Below the pieces are notes generated by a model, which was given only the letters and a program-made list of their open reading frames with translations, searched no databases and was not told where the DNA came from. Positions 37,442 to 50,525 of a stretch of DNA of 64,000 nucleotides are shown piece by piece. Each line of letters begins with the position of its first letter. The stretch's first letter is position 1. The DNA is from Isurus oxyrinchus. Its lineage: Eukaryota. Made by a program: the position numbers and the translations under genes. The DNA is taken from assembly GCA_026770705.1 (NCBI GenBank), contig JANJGN010000026.1, positions 25,296,001-25,360,000 on the forward strand, written 5' to 3'.

Positions 37442-37810
37442 TTCCAATGGTTGGATTCTGCTGTTTTTGCTGTTGTTAATCATATCCAGGACTGATAATC
37501 TGACAATATTTGATTTGTTTCTTCTGATGTAAACAATCCTGCAACTGGCTGGAGTTTAATATTCTGAGTTCATCACTGATTTTTGGGGCTGTAGTGTCTC
37601 TTTAAAAACACCATCTGTGATCTTTCCTCTTAATTCAAGAACTGTCAATAGGAACTCATTTACAATGAACTTTTACTTCAATCCCAAATTCATCTATGGT
37701 GTAAAATCTACAATTCAGTGTCAGAAAGGTTCCACTGATTAATATCTCCAGTTAGAAAGTGCTGCTTATTCCTTGCTGACAATTCTTACTGACTCACACA
37801 TTCTTCACGG

Positions 37811-38880
37811 TGTTATGAATTCAGTTCATTGTGTCCCTGGGTGCTAAATTAGCAGTTTATGGAGATTATAACATTTAAGATGCAGGATGTTCCAATGCTT
37901 GTTACATTGTTTCTTGCCTAGTAACAAGGATGGACCTTTCTGGGAGTGTTTCAATAGGTCCCCAGATCAGTTCAAGGGTCAGTGAACAGCTGTTCTCAAG
38001 GCAGTCGGTCAGTTTTGGATGAGTCAGGAGCCGAAGGAAGAAGCTGCATACAGCCAAAGTGCTGCTGTTAGCTCTGAGGAGCAGAGAAGAAGGGGAAGCT
38101 CTCGTAATCAGAGAGGACTCAGGGGGAAGCCCTGGTAATCAAAGAGGGCTCAGGAGGAGGCCCTGGTAATTGAAGAGGGCTCAGGGGAGGCCCTGGTAAA
38201 AGAAGAGGGCTCAGGGGAGGCCCTGGTAATCGAAGCGGGCTCAGAGGAAGCCCTGGGAATCATATACAGCTGGATACACCCAGGGGACAGGAGTTCAGGG
38301 AAACTCAGGGGTAAGTGCCAGCTCAGTGACAATAGCTGTCTAGCAAAGAGCTGAAATTACACCAGTAAATCGAGGTCAAAATGCAGACTCAGGAATCAAG
38401 GGAGAAGGAATCTTGGAAGGTGTATTGAAATCCTTTGAGATGGGGCATTGTGAAAGCTGTCCAGGTGGAGGAGACATTTGGAGGTATTTCCAAGGAGAGA
38501 TTTTCAAAGGTGGAGATTGGTAACCCTTGTGAGAAACATGGAGTTTCAGTGAGATTGGTTAACTTACAGTGGGACTAAACTCTGGGTGGGTTGTTGAGAA
38601 ATCCATGGACTCTGTCTTGGCTGCGTCTGGCATTTACTCTGTTGTGTGGTGTGTCCGACCACAGTTTGTCTGTTAATTCACATGTACCTTATACTTAACC
38701 TGAATGAGAGTATAAGATAGATATTGTAAAATGTTTTATCTTTCTGAATTTGTATAGTAAATTTTGTTTCTGTTTGTCTAAAACCTGTGGAATGTTGTGG
38801 CTTTACTCCAAAGCATGTCTTGAATCTCAACCTTTATCTACTTTAAACAAAATATTATTGGCCCCTAACCAGATCGCCCA
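37811..38880 (+). mobile_element. Possible LTR-like insertion containing a minisatellite
   Basis: Begins TGTTATG, non-coding, not homologous to ZNF flanks; 3' terminus and TSD not resolved. Confidence 0.3.
38090..38260. repeat. 30-bp minisatellite, ~5-6 copies
   Basis: GGGCTCAGGGGAGGCCCTGGTAATCGAAGA repeated. Confidence 0.9.
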
Positions 38881-38914
38881 TATGTCCCAGGGTCTGGCCA
38901 AGGATCAGAACAAC

Positions 38915-40640
38915 AATGACACAGTAATTTGTGTGTGGAGTCGGAGGACGTAGGTATTGTTCTAAATGAATACTTTGTGTCGGTGTTCACAAATGAGTGG
39001 AATGATGTGGGTATGGAAATCAGGCAGAAGGACTGTGATATAATTCTTAAAATGAGCATAGACAGGGAGGAGGTTGTAAGTGGTCTGGCAGACTTAAAAT
39101 AGATAAATCTCCAGGCCCAGACAAAATGGGCCAGGCTGTTGGCTGAGGCAAAGGAGGAGATAGCAGGGGCGCTGGCAATAATTTTCAATACCTCTATGGC
39201 CACAGGAGAGGTGCCAGAGGACTGAAGGACAGCCAATGTGGTACTGTCATTCAAGAAGGGAGGAAGGGATAAACCAGGGAACTACAGGCCAGTCAGTCTA
39301 ACCTGAGTGGTGGGGAAACTATTGGAAGCAATTCTGAGGGACAGAATTAACCTACACTTGGAGAAGCAGGGATTAATCAAGGACAGTCAGCATGGTTTTG
39401 TTAAGGGGAAGTCACGCCTGACCAATTTGATTGAATTTTTCGAAGAGGTGACCGTGAGTCTAGATGAGGACAATGCATTTGATGTAGTCTACTTGGACTT
39501 CAGTAAGGCTTTTGATAAGGTCCCGCATGGGAGACAGATAACGAAGGTAAGAGCCCATGGGATACAAGGCAATTTGGCAAATTGGATCCAGAATTGGCTG
39601 AGTGGCAGGAAGCAGAGGATGATGGTCGAGGGGTGTTTTTGTGAATGGATGCCTGTGTCCAGTGGGGTTCCACAGGGATCAGTCTTGACTCCCTTGCTGT
39701 TTGTGGTATATGTAAATGATTTAGACTTGAATGTAGGGGGGTTGATCAGTAAGTTTGCAGATGACACAAAAATTGGTGGGGTGTTAAATAGTGAGGAGGA
39801 TAGCTTTAGATTACAGGAGGATATAGGTGGGCTGGTCAGGTGGGCTGATCAATGGCAAATGGAATTTAATCTGGATAAGTGTGAGGTGATGCACTTGGGC
39901 AGGACAAACAAGGTGTGTTCCTGAAAGGTATGTCCCTGGGAAGTGTTGAAGATCAGAGGGACCTTGGTGTGCATGTCCACCGGTCCCTTTAGGTAGCGGG
40001 ACAGGTAGATAAGTTGGTTAAGAAAGCATATGGGATACTTGCCTTTATTAGCTGAGGCATAGAGTATAAGAGCAGGGAGGTTATGCTGGAACTGTATAAA
40101 ATGCTGGTTCAGCCACAGCTAGAGTATTGCGTGCAGCTCTGGAATCCACATTATAATTGCACTAGAGAGCATGCAGATGAGATTTACCAGCATGTCACCT
40201 AGGCTGGAGAGTTTTAGTTGTGAGGAGAGATTGGATAGACTGGGGTTATTTTCCCTGGAGCAGAGGAGATTTTGGGGGGATATGATTGAGGTACATAAAA
40301 TTATGAGGGACATTGATAGGGTAGACAGGAAGGAACTTTTCCCCTTGGTGGAGGGATCAATAACCAGGGCCATAGATTTAAGGTAAGGGACAGAAGGTTT
40401 AGAGGGGATGTGAGGAAGAATTTTTTCACCCAGATGTTGTTGGGAATCTGGAACTCACTGCCTGAAAGGGTGGCAGAGACAGAAACCCTCACAACATTTC
40501 AGAAGTATTTGGATGTGCACTTGCGATACCATGGCATACAAGGCTATGGGCCTAGTGCTGGAAAATGGGATTAGAATAGTTAGGTGCTTGTTTGACCAGT
40601 GCAGACTCGATGGACCGAAGAGCTTTTTTCTGTGCTGTAG
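38915..40640 (+). mobile_element. CR1 LINE, 5'-truncated, RT to tail
   Basis: ORF 39307-39924 with YLDFSKAFDKVPH, GVPQGSVL, FADDTK. Confidence 0.96.
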
Positions 40641-40789
40641 ACCTCTTTGATTCTATGACCTCCATTATTAACTTATATTATCAATATATATGAACAAAAT
40701 AGTAAAATATTTCACAGGCACATCAATACAAGATTCATCAATCAACATTGATATTGATGAAGTTTGAAAGTCGCTGATTCAATCATTTC

Positions 40790-41405
40790 TGACACAGCAG
40801 CAGCAACATTCGGTAAAGGTGGAACCCACAACAAAGACTGGTTTGAGACTCAGCAGAGATGACAACTGTCATTGAAGCAAAAAGCAAAGCCCACCTGATG
40901 TACAACTTAAACCCAACAGTTAGAACACGGCATAACTTGAAAGTGACCAAGAGAGTCGTGTAAAAGACCGGGAGATATTGTGCAAATAAATACTGGATCA
41001 ACCATTGTCAAGAAACCCAAACTGCCTGTGGCAAAGGAAATCTACATGCTATGTATGATGGTATCAAGAGTGCACTTGGTCTTACCATTACTAAAAATGC
41101 CCTCCTGAAATTGGCAGATGGTGAAGTGCTCACCGACAGAAGTAAATAGATTTCCTGCTGGTAAAATATTTCAAACATCTGTGAGACTGGACACTACTAT
41201 GAGCTTTACTGCTCCCGAGATGGACCTTTCCCATTCCACACTGCCCCACAGATTCCTGTCATGGTTGAGTTGGATGAGCTCGAAAAGGCCATCGATTGTC
41301 CAGCAAGCAGAAAGACACCGGCAAGGATGGAATTCCAGCTGAACTGCTCAAGCACGGAAAGTCCCATCTACTGTCACACATTCATGACCTCCTCCTTCTC
41401 TGTTA
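40790..41405 (+). mobile_element. RTE-clade LINE fragment
   Basis: NKDWFE..AEMTTVIEAK...YCANKYWINHCQE...GNLHAMYDGIKSALG...DGEVLTD; ELEKAID...GKDGIPAELLKHG. Confidence 0.8.
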
Positions 41406-42784
41406 CAAAGACTCATGGATTGTTTCTTTTGTGAATTGAACCTTTTTTCTTTAGTAAGCTTGTGCTAAATTGCTGATAAAATTTCAACACTTTGTTTTAT
41501 TTAAATGGACCATGTTTACATGTTATTAATTCACCTGGTAAATTATGTTGACCTTTAGTGCCTCTGTGTGATACTCTGATTGCTTTTCTCACAATTTATA
41601 CCTGAATATCTCATCTCTCTGACAGATTTAATAATGTATTTTTATTCAGTTAATCACCTGACTATCCAGCTCAGTGAGCAGAATGTACATTGCCTGCCCT
41701 TTCACATCATTCATCAGTTCACAGCTTCTCATCTTGTCCTTCTAGAGCCTGCTTCTATTGCTGGTCCTTAGTTTTAATGTGTGTAAGTGTCTTTACTATA
41801 AAGAAATGTTTAATAAAACTATTAGGATTATTCAGATCTTCCACAACTGGCCTCCCTCTGTCTACATTCCCCACCTCGAGGTTCAAGTAGATTCTTCCTT
41901 TTGTAGTTTCAAAGCTTTTCTCTTGGTCAGTGCAAACATTTCCATTATATTCTTTCTCCTTGTAATCTGTCTTAGAATCCTCTTCATCAAGGAGACCACC
42001 AATATAAGGGGAATCAGCATCATCTGTGATTCCAGTAGGAAAGTAGATGCTGTGATCATCCAGGAACGTTGTTCTGTATTTTACACTATCTCCCACCCAG
42101 GGTTGCAATAGCCTACTCAATGTTAATGCTTTGTTGTTGCCTCTGTCCCAGATGTTGTTCAATATACATTTAAGGTTCAAAGGAAGGTTGAATTGGATGG
42201 TCAAAACTGCTTGCAGTACCTGGAGGGTAATGTTTACATGAATTTCTCTTAATGTTATGGCTCTGACAACAGACACCGATACTTTATCCCTGGCAATAGT
42301 CAAGTTGGCTGGTGTTGTCCACCGAATAAAATGGGAATTGTCCCTGTGTGAGTATGTCTGTGTGTGAGCGGTCTGGGGTGGGGCTGCTAGCTGTGTGTGT
42401 CAGGGCTGTTTTTTTGTCTATATGTATATATGAAAGAGACAGATTGTGTGAGTGTGTGTGCTGCTTCTCATTCGCTGTAACATAAACCTTCCTCTCTCTG
42501 AGCAGACAATGTTGGTTCTCTGAGACTCCCATCGAGCGATTTCAATGGTACCATTCAGAGATTCTTCATCCAGGGTGTAGCCACAGGCTGACCATGTGCT
42601 GTGTAAAACCTGACACCTGCACAACCAGGGCCCACTTCTCCAAGAACAACATGAAGTGCCTGCTGCTTTCCAGATCCCTTGCTTTCCCATCACTGTTACC
42701 TCACGCTGTTCACAAATTCTTGTGTACATCATCCTCCCTGGTCTCCACTTTAAATAATTCCATCAGTCTTATGTGCTGTAGCTA

Positions 42785-43600
42785 AAGGGGGACCAGTGGG
42801 TGTACTCTACTTAGATTTCCAGAAACTGATAAAGTACCATATCAAATGTTATTGCAGAAAATAAAAGCTTACAGTGTAGAGGGTAACATATTGGCATGGA
42901 CAGAAGATTGGCTAGCTAACAGGAAGCAGAGAGTTGGCATGAATTGGTCTTTTTCTGGTTGACATGATGTGATGAGTGGTGTGCCACATGGATCAGTGCT
43001 GGTGCCTCGACTCCTTACAATTTATATAAATGACTTCGATGAAGGGACCTAATCAATGTTTGCTAAATTTGCTGATGACACAAAGATAAGATGAAAAGTA
43101 AATTGTGAAGAGGACATAAGGAGGCTATAAAGTGACAAAGATAGGTAAAGTGAGTGGACTAAGATCTGGCAATTGGAGTATAATGTGGACAAATGTGAAA
43201 TCGTCTATTTTGGCAGGAAGAATAAAAGAGAGGCTTATTATCAAAGAACTCCAATATGTTGATCTCCCTTTTACAAAACCATGTTGACTCTATCTGATTG
43301 CCTTGAATTTTTCTAAGTGCCCTGCTATAACACCTTTCACCTTTAATAATAGCATCAAGCAATTTCCCAAAGACAGATGTTAGGCTAACTGGCCTATAGT
43401 TCCTTCTTTCTGTCTCCCTCCCTTCTTGAATAAAAGAGTTATATTGGCTATTTTCCAATCGTATGGAACCTTCCCCGAATCTAGAGAATTTTGGAAAACT
43501 TAAACTAGTACCAAACTATCTCAATAGCCACTTCTTTCCTGGAGATTTGTCAGCCCGCAGCCCCAACAATTTGCTCAATACCACTTCCCTGGTGATTGTA
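42785..43600. mobile_element. CR1 RT fragments in opposite orientations (+ 42785-43240, - 43243-43600)
   Basis: LDFQK, GVPHGSVL and FADDTK on +; NYRPVSLTSVFGKLLDAIIK on -. Confidence 0.85.
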
Positions 43601-44451
43601 CTTTTACAGAGTCCCCCCCACCCCCTTCCATTAACACATACATGAGGGAGAAAGTAATAGAAAGATATGCTGATGGGGGAAGATGAAGAGGGGTGGGTGG
43701 AGACTTATGTGAAGCATGATAGCTGACATAGACCAATTGAGCCAACTGACCTGGACCTGTGCTGTAGACACAAAGAAACTGAGGCAAACATATTTTATTT
43801 AGAGATATCTGTAATAGTAAGAAAGAGACTATGTATTATCCAGGATAAAATAAATATACTTCACAGCTTTTCCAGGTCATTTCAGTGCAAATGTGCACTC
43901 CCAGGCTCAAAGAGCATCAGCCCACTGGAAGTAATGCTGTGAGACCAGACAGCCCAGCAGACAGAAACCCTCCACGTCTTCCACTTTGCTTATTATTAGA
44001 ATAAACACAGTGATCACTTATGAAACCGTTGGTATTTCTGCAGGGTATTTCAGTCCATTGTGGGGTTTCACTTAGAGCTGCTGCACTTGGTCACTGCCTT
44101 TGTCCCTTCCAACATGGTGTGCTTGGCCAGTTCCACGGGCAGCAGCAAGCACATGGTAGGAAGAGGATAGTAGGATGAATTGGGTTTGCAATCAACACGG
44201 AGAATGGAGCATGCAGAAGACAAAGATTTAGAGTTTGGGAGGAAAAGGGATTTTTTTTATCAACGAATATCATTTTCAAATTACTATTCTGCACTATTGT
44301 GATGGCTTTTGTAAATCCCTTTTAATGTGTATTGGAGAAGAAGGATTTATAGATAGGGAAATCAAACCAAATATTGCGTGAAGACATGACAGAGTTACTT
44401 GATTCATCAGGACCAGACAATCATCAGCCCTTGAATGTGGAAGAAGAATCT

Positions 44452-44713
44452 TGGTGTTGCGCTTGTTGTAATGGGCCAGGTGGGAAACCTCACCCACAAT
44501 GCACTCGAAAATATCGTTCATGAATGAGTTCATGATGCTCATGGTCTTGAAGGAGATGCTGGTGTTGGGGTGAATTTGCTTCATCACTTTGTAGATATAA
44601 ATGGAGTAACTCTCCTTCCTCGACCTTTGCTGCTTCTTGCTGTCCTTTGCTATCAGTTTCTTTAAGGCTTTCTTGGCTCCCTGCTTGGGAGCTGGTTTCT
44701 TCTCATCAACCAT
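44452..44713 (-). pseudogene. H2B: Histone H2B pseudogene, 3'-truncated
   Basis: [19 protein letters not shown]...[58 protein letters not shown], then homology stops; many substitutions at invariant residues. Confidence 0.95.
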
Positions 44714-44744
44714 CTTCAGTTTAGATGAATCACTTCCCAAATCC

Positions 44745-45430
44745 GGAGCAGGTGAACTCACTTCTGTTTCAGCAGTGTGGATGATTAATTAAATCCTGTC
44801 CCAAAGTCAGAACAGGTGACTGTCATCTCCCTGGCTCCTGCAGGGTGGCTGAATCACTGCTTAATTCCCACAAACCTGAGAGGTGAATGGCCTGTCCCCA
44901 ATTTGAACCCACTGGCCTAAACTCAGATGGGATGACCGACTGAAATCCTTCCCACTCGCAGAGCAGGTGAATGGCATCTCCCTGATGTTGGTGCATTGAT
45001 GAGTTTCTAGTGCAGAATGTGGTGTGGGAGGAGTGGGGGCGGGTGTAGAGGGGGAATTGAATCCTGTCCCACAGTCCCCAGATTTCCCTGGTTTTTCCCT
45101 GGTGCATGTATCCTTGTGTCTTTCCAAGTTCAACAATCTGTTAAAGCTCATATACATGGCCTCTCCCCCGTTGTGAATTTTCAGGCTGTGTAACTGGCTA
45201 AAGCTCTTTCCAGAGTCAGTGCACGGGAACATTCTCACATTAGCGTGTTTGTCTTGATGCTTTGCCAGTCACAATGATGTTTGAAATCAAACAGACAAAT
45301 ATTTCTCCTTCCACATTCAAGAGCTGATGATTGCCTGGTCCTGATGGATCAAGTAACTCTCTCATGTCTTCATACGAATTTTGGTTTGATTTTCCCATCT
45401 ATAAATCCTCCCCCTCCAATGCACATTGAA
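44745..45430 (-). pseudogene. C2H2 ZNF pseudogene
   Basis: FPCTDSGKSFSQLHSLKIH...REMPFTCSASGKDFSRSSHL; Cys/His losses and indels. Confidence 0.85.
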
Positions 45431-45939
45431 AGGCATTTACAAAAGCTATCACAACAAGTACACAGTAGAAATTTGAAACTGATCTTCTAGTTAACATAAA
45501 AAGATCCTTTCCCCTCCTAAACTATAAATCTTTGTCCTCCACATACTCCATTCTCCCTATTGATTGCAACCCGAAAACATCCTACTATCCTACTTCTGCT
45601 TTATGACCAATTCTCCTCCCCTGAAGATGCTGAATCTCGGGTTCAGTTTCACAGTCACCTATTGCGCTCCCCAATATGTCAGCCAGGTGTCTAAATCTTT
45701 ACACATTAAGTTAAAAAACAGTTTTGATCAAGCGGCGCCGATCAAACCCAGTGATCCTCAGAAGAAGGGTCATACGGACTCGAAAAGTTAATTCTGCTTC
45801 TCTCTCCACAGATACTGTCAGGTCTGGTGAGGTTTCCAGCATTTTCTGTTTTTGTTTCAGTGTCTATTACCTACATGTAGTTTATGCCAGTGTAGGATCA
45901 GTGCGACCACCCACCCACACTTTACATCCCAGTCCCAGG

Positions 45940-46230
45940 ATTGTGGAGACAGGCCTCCGGCTGAGTAATGGCAGCCTCAGTTCCCACATGGCCTTGCGCT
46001 GAAGAAAACGCTCTATCCACCGCACGGACGAGCGGCCCGGGACAGCGCATGTGCAACGGGGAGAGGGGCTGCGCATGTGCAAAGAAAGGCGTTTCCCGTC
46101 GGCCAACAGCTGAGGGCGTCTTGGGGTCAAATTGTCTCCCCGCTGCCAGGTAGGGTTCATGCGGGGGATTGACCAATGGGAAGAGTCGAAGGACCGGAAG
46201 CTCTCTGGTCCTCCAACCAATCAGGGCGGA
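45940..46230. promoter_or_regulatory. CpG bidirectional promoter-like island (P3)
   Basis: GCGCATGTGC x2, CCAAT x2, ACCGGAAG (ETS-type), between divergent ZNF units. Confidence 0.75.
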
Positions 46231-47481
46231 TTTTGTCTCACTGGCGATTGATCTTCACACACAAAGTTCCTCTGTGTCCAACATCTGTGAGTAAAACATT
46301 TTCTTTTCTCCCCCTTTCCATTTCTTTTCTAATCCTGGGTTTAAATTGTTGACGTGCAGGAACTGAAGGGAAACGAAGTGAATCCAGATAGGGTCTCTCT
46401 CTCTCTCTCTATTAAAGACATTGACATCCTTTGCTTCCTCAGCTTGACACATTTATTTTTCTGGCTAAAAGGATGGCCTCTTACCTAATGTTCACAGTTA
46501 AAGAAGTGGCTTCCTCTGGAGATGGTTGACATTTATTGGGACAGTAAATAAATATTGGACTATATGTCTAGTGTTGTTGTATGGTATATATTGGATATAT
46601 TATTTATGATTTCTAGTCTTGTAATATCGTACTGTAGCTATCTTGAATATTTCCAGGCACAGAAGGAATCCATTTGGCAACTCGACTCCATGCCAATTCT
46701 TTCTAGAGGAATCCAGTCCCCCTCTATATCCATGTAAACCTGAAAGTTTATTTCGTTAAAGTTCCCATCCAATTTCATTTTAAAATCATGGATCATCTCT
46801 GCTTCCACCGCCCTCATAGGGTTCCAGACCATGAGCACTCACTGCCTAAATAAAGTTTTTCCTCACGTCCCCCATGTATCATGTAATACAGTACTTTATA
46901 TTACATGAATTTTGTCCAATAAATATGTTATATAGAATTGGTAAGCATGGATTTGTTGATTTGTATGAATTAACACATTCAGGAGAATTGGGAGGATGTA
47001 TATTAGCTACAGTAGAGTGAAAGTGGAGGGAGTGTGTGGGGCATGGAGATTTACAGCTTTTGGAGAACAAGAGAGGAAAGAATGTTCCATAGAAACTAGA
47101 ATCGTTCTGAATTTCTATCCTATGTGACAGTGATGACTTTTGTAAACTCCTTTTACAGGGTATTAGAAGGGGCAGATTTGCAGACAGAAATCTCAAACCA
47201 AACGTCATGTCAAAATCTGTTTGTCACCTGATCCATTGGGACATGAATATCAGTGGCCTTTGAATCTAGAAGGATAATTGTTTCCCTGTTCTGTGTGCTT
47301 CAATAGGTATTAAACATAATTGTGACTGGAACAGCACCAAGACACACACACCCGAGTGGGGATTTTCCAGTGCACTGACTGTGGAAAGAGCTTTGACCAG
47401 TTATACAGCCAGAAAATAATAGCATCATTCACAGTGAGGAGAGACCATACATATCTGGAGAGACACAAGGACATCTGCACC

Positions 47482-48471
47482 ATGCAGAAACCATGGAAAT
47501 GTGGGGACTGTGGAAAGGGATTCCGTACCCCATCTGCATTGGAAACTCATCGACGCATTCACACTGGGGAGAAGCCATTCATCTGCTCCGTGTGTGGGAA
47601 GGGATTCACACGTTCATCCATCCTGTTCACACATCAGCGACTTCATACTGGGGAGTGGCCGTTCACTTGCTCTGAGTGTGGGAAGGGATTCACTCATTTG
47701 ACCCACCTGCAGACACACCAGCGAGTTCACACGGGGGAAAGACCATTCATTTGCCCTGTGTGTGGGAAGGGATTCACTCAATCGTCCCGCATGCGGACAC
47801 ACCAGCGAGTTCATACTGGGGAGAGACCGTTCATCTGCTCTGTGTGTGGGAAGGGATTCAGTGAATCATCAACCCTGCAGAATCATCGTGTAGTTCACAC
47901 TGGGGAGAGGTCATTCACCTGCTCTCTGTGCGGGAAGAAATTCACTCGGTCATCCAATATACTGCGACACCAGATGGCTCACACTGAAGAGAGGCCATTC
48001 ATCTGCTTCGTGTGTGGGAAGGGATTCACTCGGTCGACCAGCCTACTGATACACCGACGCATTCACACTGGAGAGAGGCCATTCAGCTGCCATGAATGTG
48101 GGAAGGGATTCACACACTCATCCAGCCTGTGGAAACACCAGCGAGTTCACACCGGGCAGAGGCCATTCACCTGTTCTGAGTGTGGGAAGCGATTCAATGA
48201 TTCATACAACCTGCTGAGACACCAGCGAGTTCACACCATGGAGAGGCCGTTTACCTGCTCTGATTGTGGGAAGGGATTCAGTGAATCATGCAACCTGCTG
48301 AGACACCAGCGAGTTCACACCATGGAGAGGCCATTCACCTGCTCTGAGTGTGGGAAAGTATTTGCTGATTCATCCAGCCTGCAGAGGCATCAGCGAGTTC
48401 ATACAAAGGTGACAGGCTGCTCACCTGCTCTGAGTGAGGGAAGGGATTCACTGAGTCATCCAAACTGCTGA
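47482..48471 (+). CDS. Tandem C2H2 zinc-finger protein, 11 intact fingers (12th frameshifted)
   Basis: MQKPWKC start homologous to the other units (ORF track starts earlier at a GTG); acceptor ends at 47158. Confidence 0.88.
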   Translation: MQKPWKCGDCGKGFRTPSALETHRRIHTGEKPFICSVCGKGFTRSSILFTHQRLHTGEWPFTCSECGKGFTHLTHLQTHQRVHTGERPFICPVCGKGFTQSSRMRTHQRVHTGERPFICSVCGKGFSESSTLQNHRVVHTGERSFTCSLCGKKFTRSSNILRHQMAHTEERPFICFVCGKGFTRSTSLLIHRRIHTGERPFSCHECGKGFTHSSSLWKHQRVHTGQRPFTCSECGKRFNDSYNLLRHQRVHTMERPFTCSDCGKGFSESCNLLRHQRVHTMERPFTCSECGKVFADSSSLQRHQRVHTKVTGCSPALSEGRDSLSHPNC

Positions 48472-48524
48472 GGCACCATGGCAGTTATCCCAATTGGAGA
48501 CCTTTTAGATACTTTGTCTGTGAA

Positions 48525-50525
48525 TGTTAATTGTATCAATGGAGGTTAACTATATACACGTGGAGGGCATTGATTGGATGGTTACATGAATGCAAATAAA
48601 GAGAGACTTACTGACATTGAGTGGACTGGGGCTAGGATTACTTGTAATGTTTCACTCTGTGAATAAATCTATACCAAGTAAAGATTGGCTCCAGTTTCTT
48701 CCTTCACCACAAGGCTGTCAGGACTACACCATAGTAACTGAGAATGATTGTCTAACGGTGAAGTTTGGAAACTAAACGAAAATGAAATTTCAGACAGAAG
48801 TTTACAATCACAGTAGCTTTTGTGAGAAATTGCTGAAAGCAAGTGGAAATTCTCAGGGTCTGATTACATGCTGATGTTCTTGGAGTCTGAGCCATACGAC
48901 CAGATAAAGAATGAAGTGGTTATGTGGACAAGGGTCACGTCCCTACCAAGGAGGAAACATGGTCTGGCCTTGGCATTGTCCTTCTTAACAAAAGTAAAAT
49001 TAGAAGCAAAGTATTTTGTGAGCTGGATTCCTGTCAGCTGGATATTGATGAAGGTTTGGATCTTCTATTTGGGTTCATTGATGAGATTTACAAGAAAGAT
49101 GATCTATTAGATTCCTATGAAGCATAGTTGAACTTTGAGAGGTTCCGAATGAGGGTGAACACATCTTTAGCAGACCTAGATATCACAACAAAGGACAGGA
49201 TTGGAACAGCACTAATAGTGAATGAGCCCCAGGAATGACTGGGGAATAATTAACACATGATTCAGGTCTGACTCAAAATATCATTTTGTGATGAACTGCC
49301 CAAAGTGGAAAATCAGGGTCTTTGAAGTGACACATGACACAGAAAATTCTGAGGCTGAAGATGATGATAGTGATCACTCTGAAGGAATTGTACTAGTCAC
49401 AAGGAGTTTTACCCAGTGATGAATGTGTTAGTCACAGACTCATTCAGCTGTGTTGTGTTAGATAGTGTCTGCGCCTCAACAGTATGTGGATCAGATTGGT
49501 GAAGATGTTACCCAGATTCACCTCATGGTGAAGATAGACACAAGGTTAAGGAGTGTGAAAGTTCTCCTTGTTATAGATTGAAATCACTAAAAAGAGTGTT
49601 GATTTCATACAAAATAGCTGGAGTCAGCCACTTCATCAGGACTGGTGTAGTCTCTGGTGAGATATCCTTACTGTTGAGTAAATCGTCCATGAAAAGTCAC
49701 AAATGAAACTGGACACAGAGCAGGATAAGACAATTGTTTTTGGAAAGTCAGTGGATCTGCAGTTTACTCAATCAGGACATTATCGTTTCCCCTTAACAAT
49801 ACCTGATGTTTCTAATCAGTGTTTGAGAAGGATTAATGGAATCAAGTAATAAGAATCAGAGAGAAAAAAAGCAAATTGTCTCAAAGCTACACAGACAATT
49901 TGCTCATTTTTCTTGTCAAAGATTAAAACTCCTGCTAAAAGATGCAGGTTGATGAAGAATATACGAGGCTCATCGAGGAGATTAATGCAAAGTGTGAAAT
50001 GTGTGAAAAGTATCGGAGAACGCCACCACATCCTAATGTAAACCTTCCCTTGGCACGTGACTTTAATGAGTTGCCATGGATCTAAAGGTATGGGACATTT
50101 TCATTCTACTCTTTATGGACATGGCAACTTAATATAGTCTTTCTCCAATAATACATAGCTAGAACAAAAGGGTGATTATCGACCAAGTCATGGAGAAATG
50201 GATAGGGGCTGGACCTGGGGCACCAGCTATGTTTCTGACTAATAATGGAGGGGAATTTGTTAATGACAAGCTTAGAGACGTTTGTGAAAACATGAACATT
50301 ATGGTCATGAAAATCACACGGTGATCAATGAAATGCTGCATAAAATCTTAACTGATCGGCCAAACTGCAAGTTGACAACTGCACTGGCATGGATGATTCA
50401 TGTAAAGAATTCACTTCAGATGGTTGGAGGGTATGGTCCTTATCAGTTGGTCCATGGAAGAAATCCTAAATTACGCTCAGTGCTGGGCGATAGCCCTCCT
50501 GCTTTAGAAAGGACTACAACTAGTT
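48525..50525 (+). mobile_element. Ty1/Copia (GalEa-like) LTR retrotransposon relic: LTR, gag, protease, integrase
   Basis: TG..CA LTR-like ~48525-48730; gag YDQIKNEVVMWTRVTSLPRRKHGLALALS; protease VLDSVCASTVCG; integrase LHRQFAH...CEMC, FLTNNGGEF, GYGPYQLVHGRNP directly after PR (Copia order). Confidence 0.8.

Noticed and set aside
41758-42111. Plus-strand ORF with NIRGI...DAVIIQE resembling an APE endonuclease start
   Set aside because: Motif spacing is too short and it is the antisense shadow of the longer minus-strand ORF
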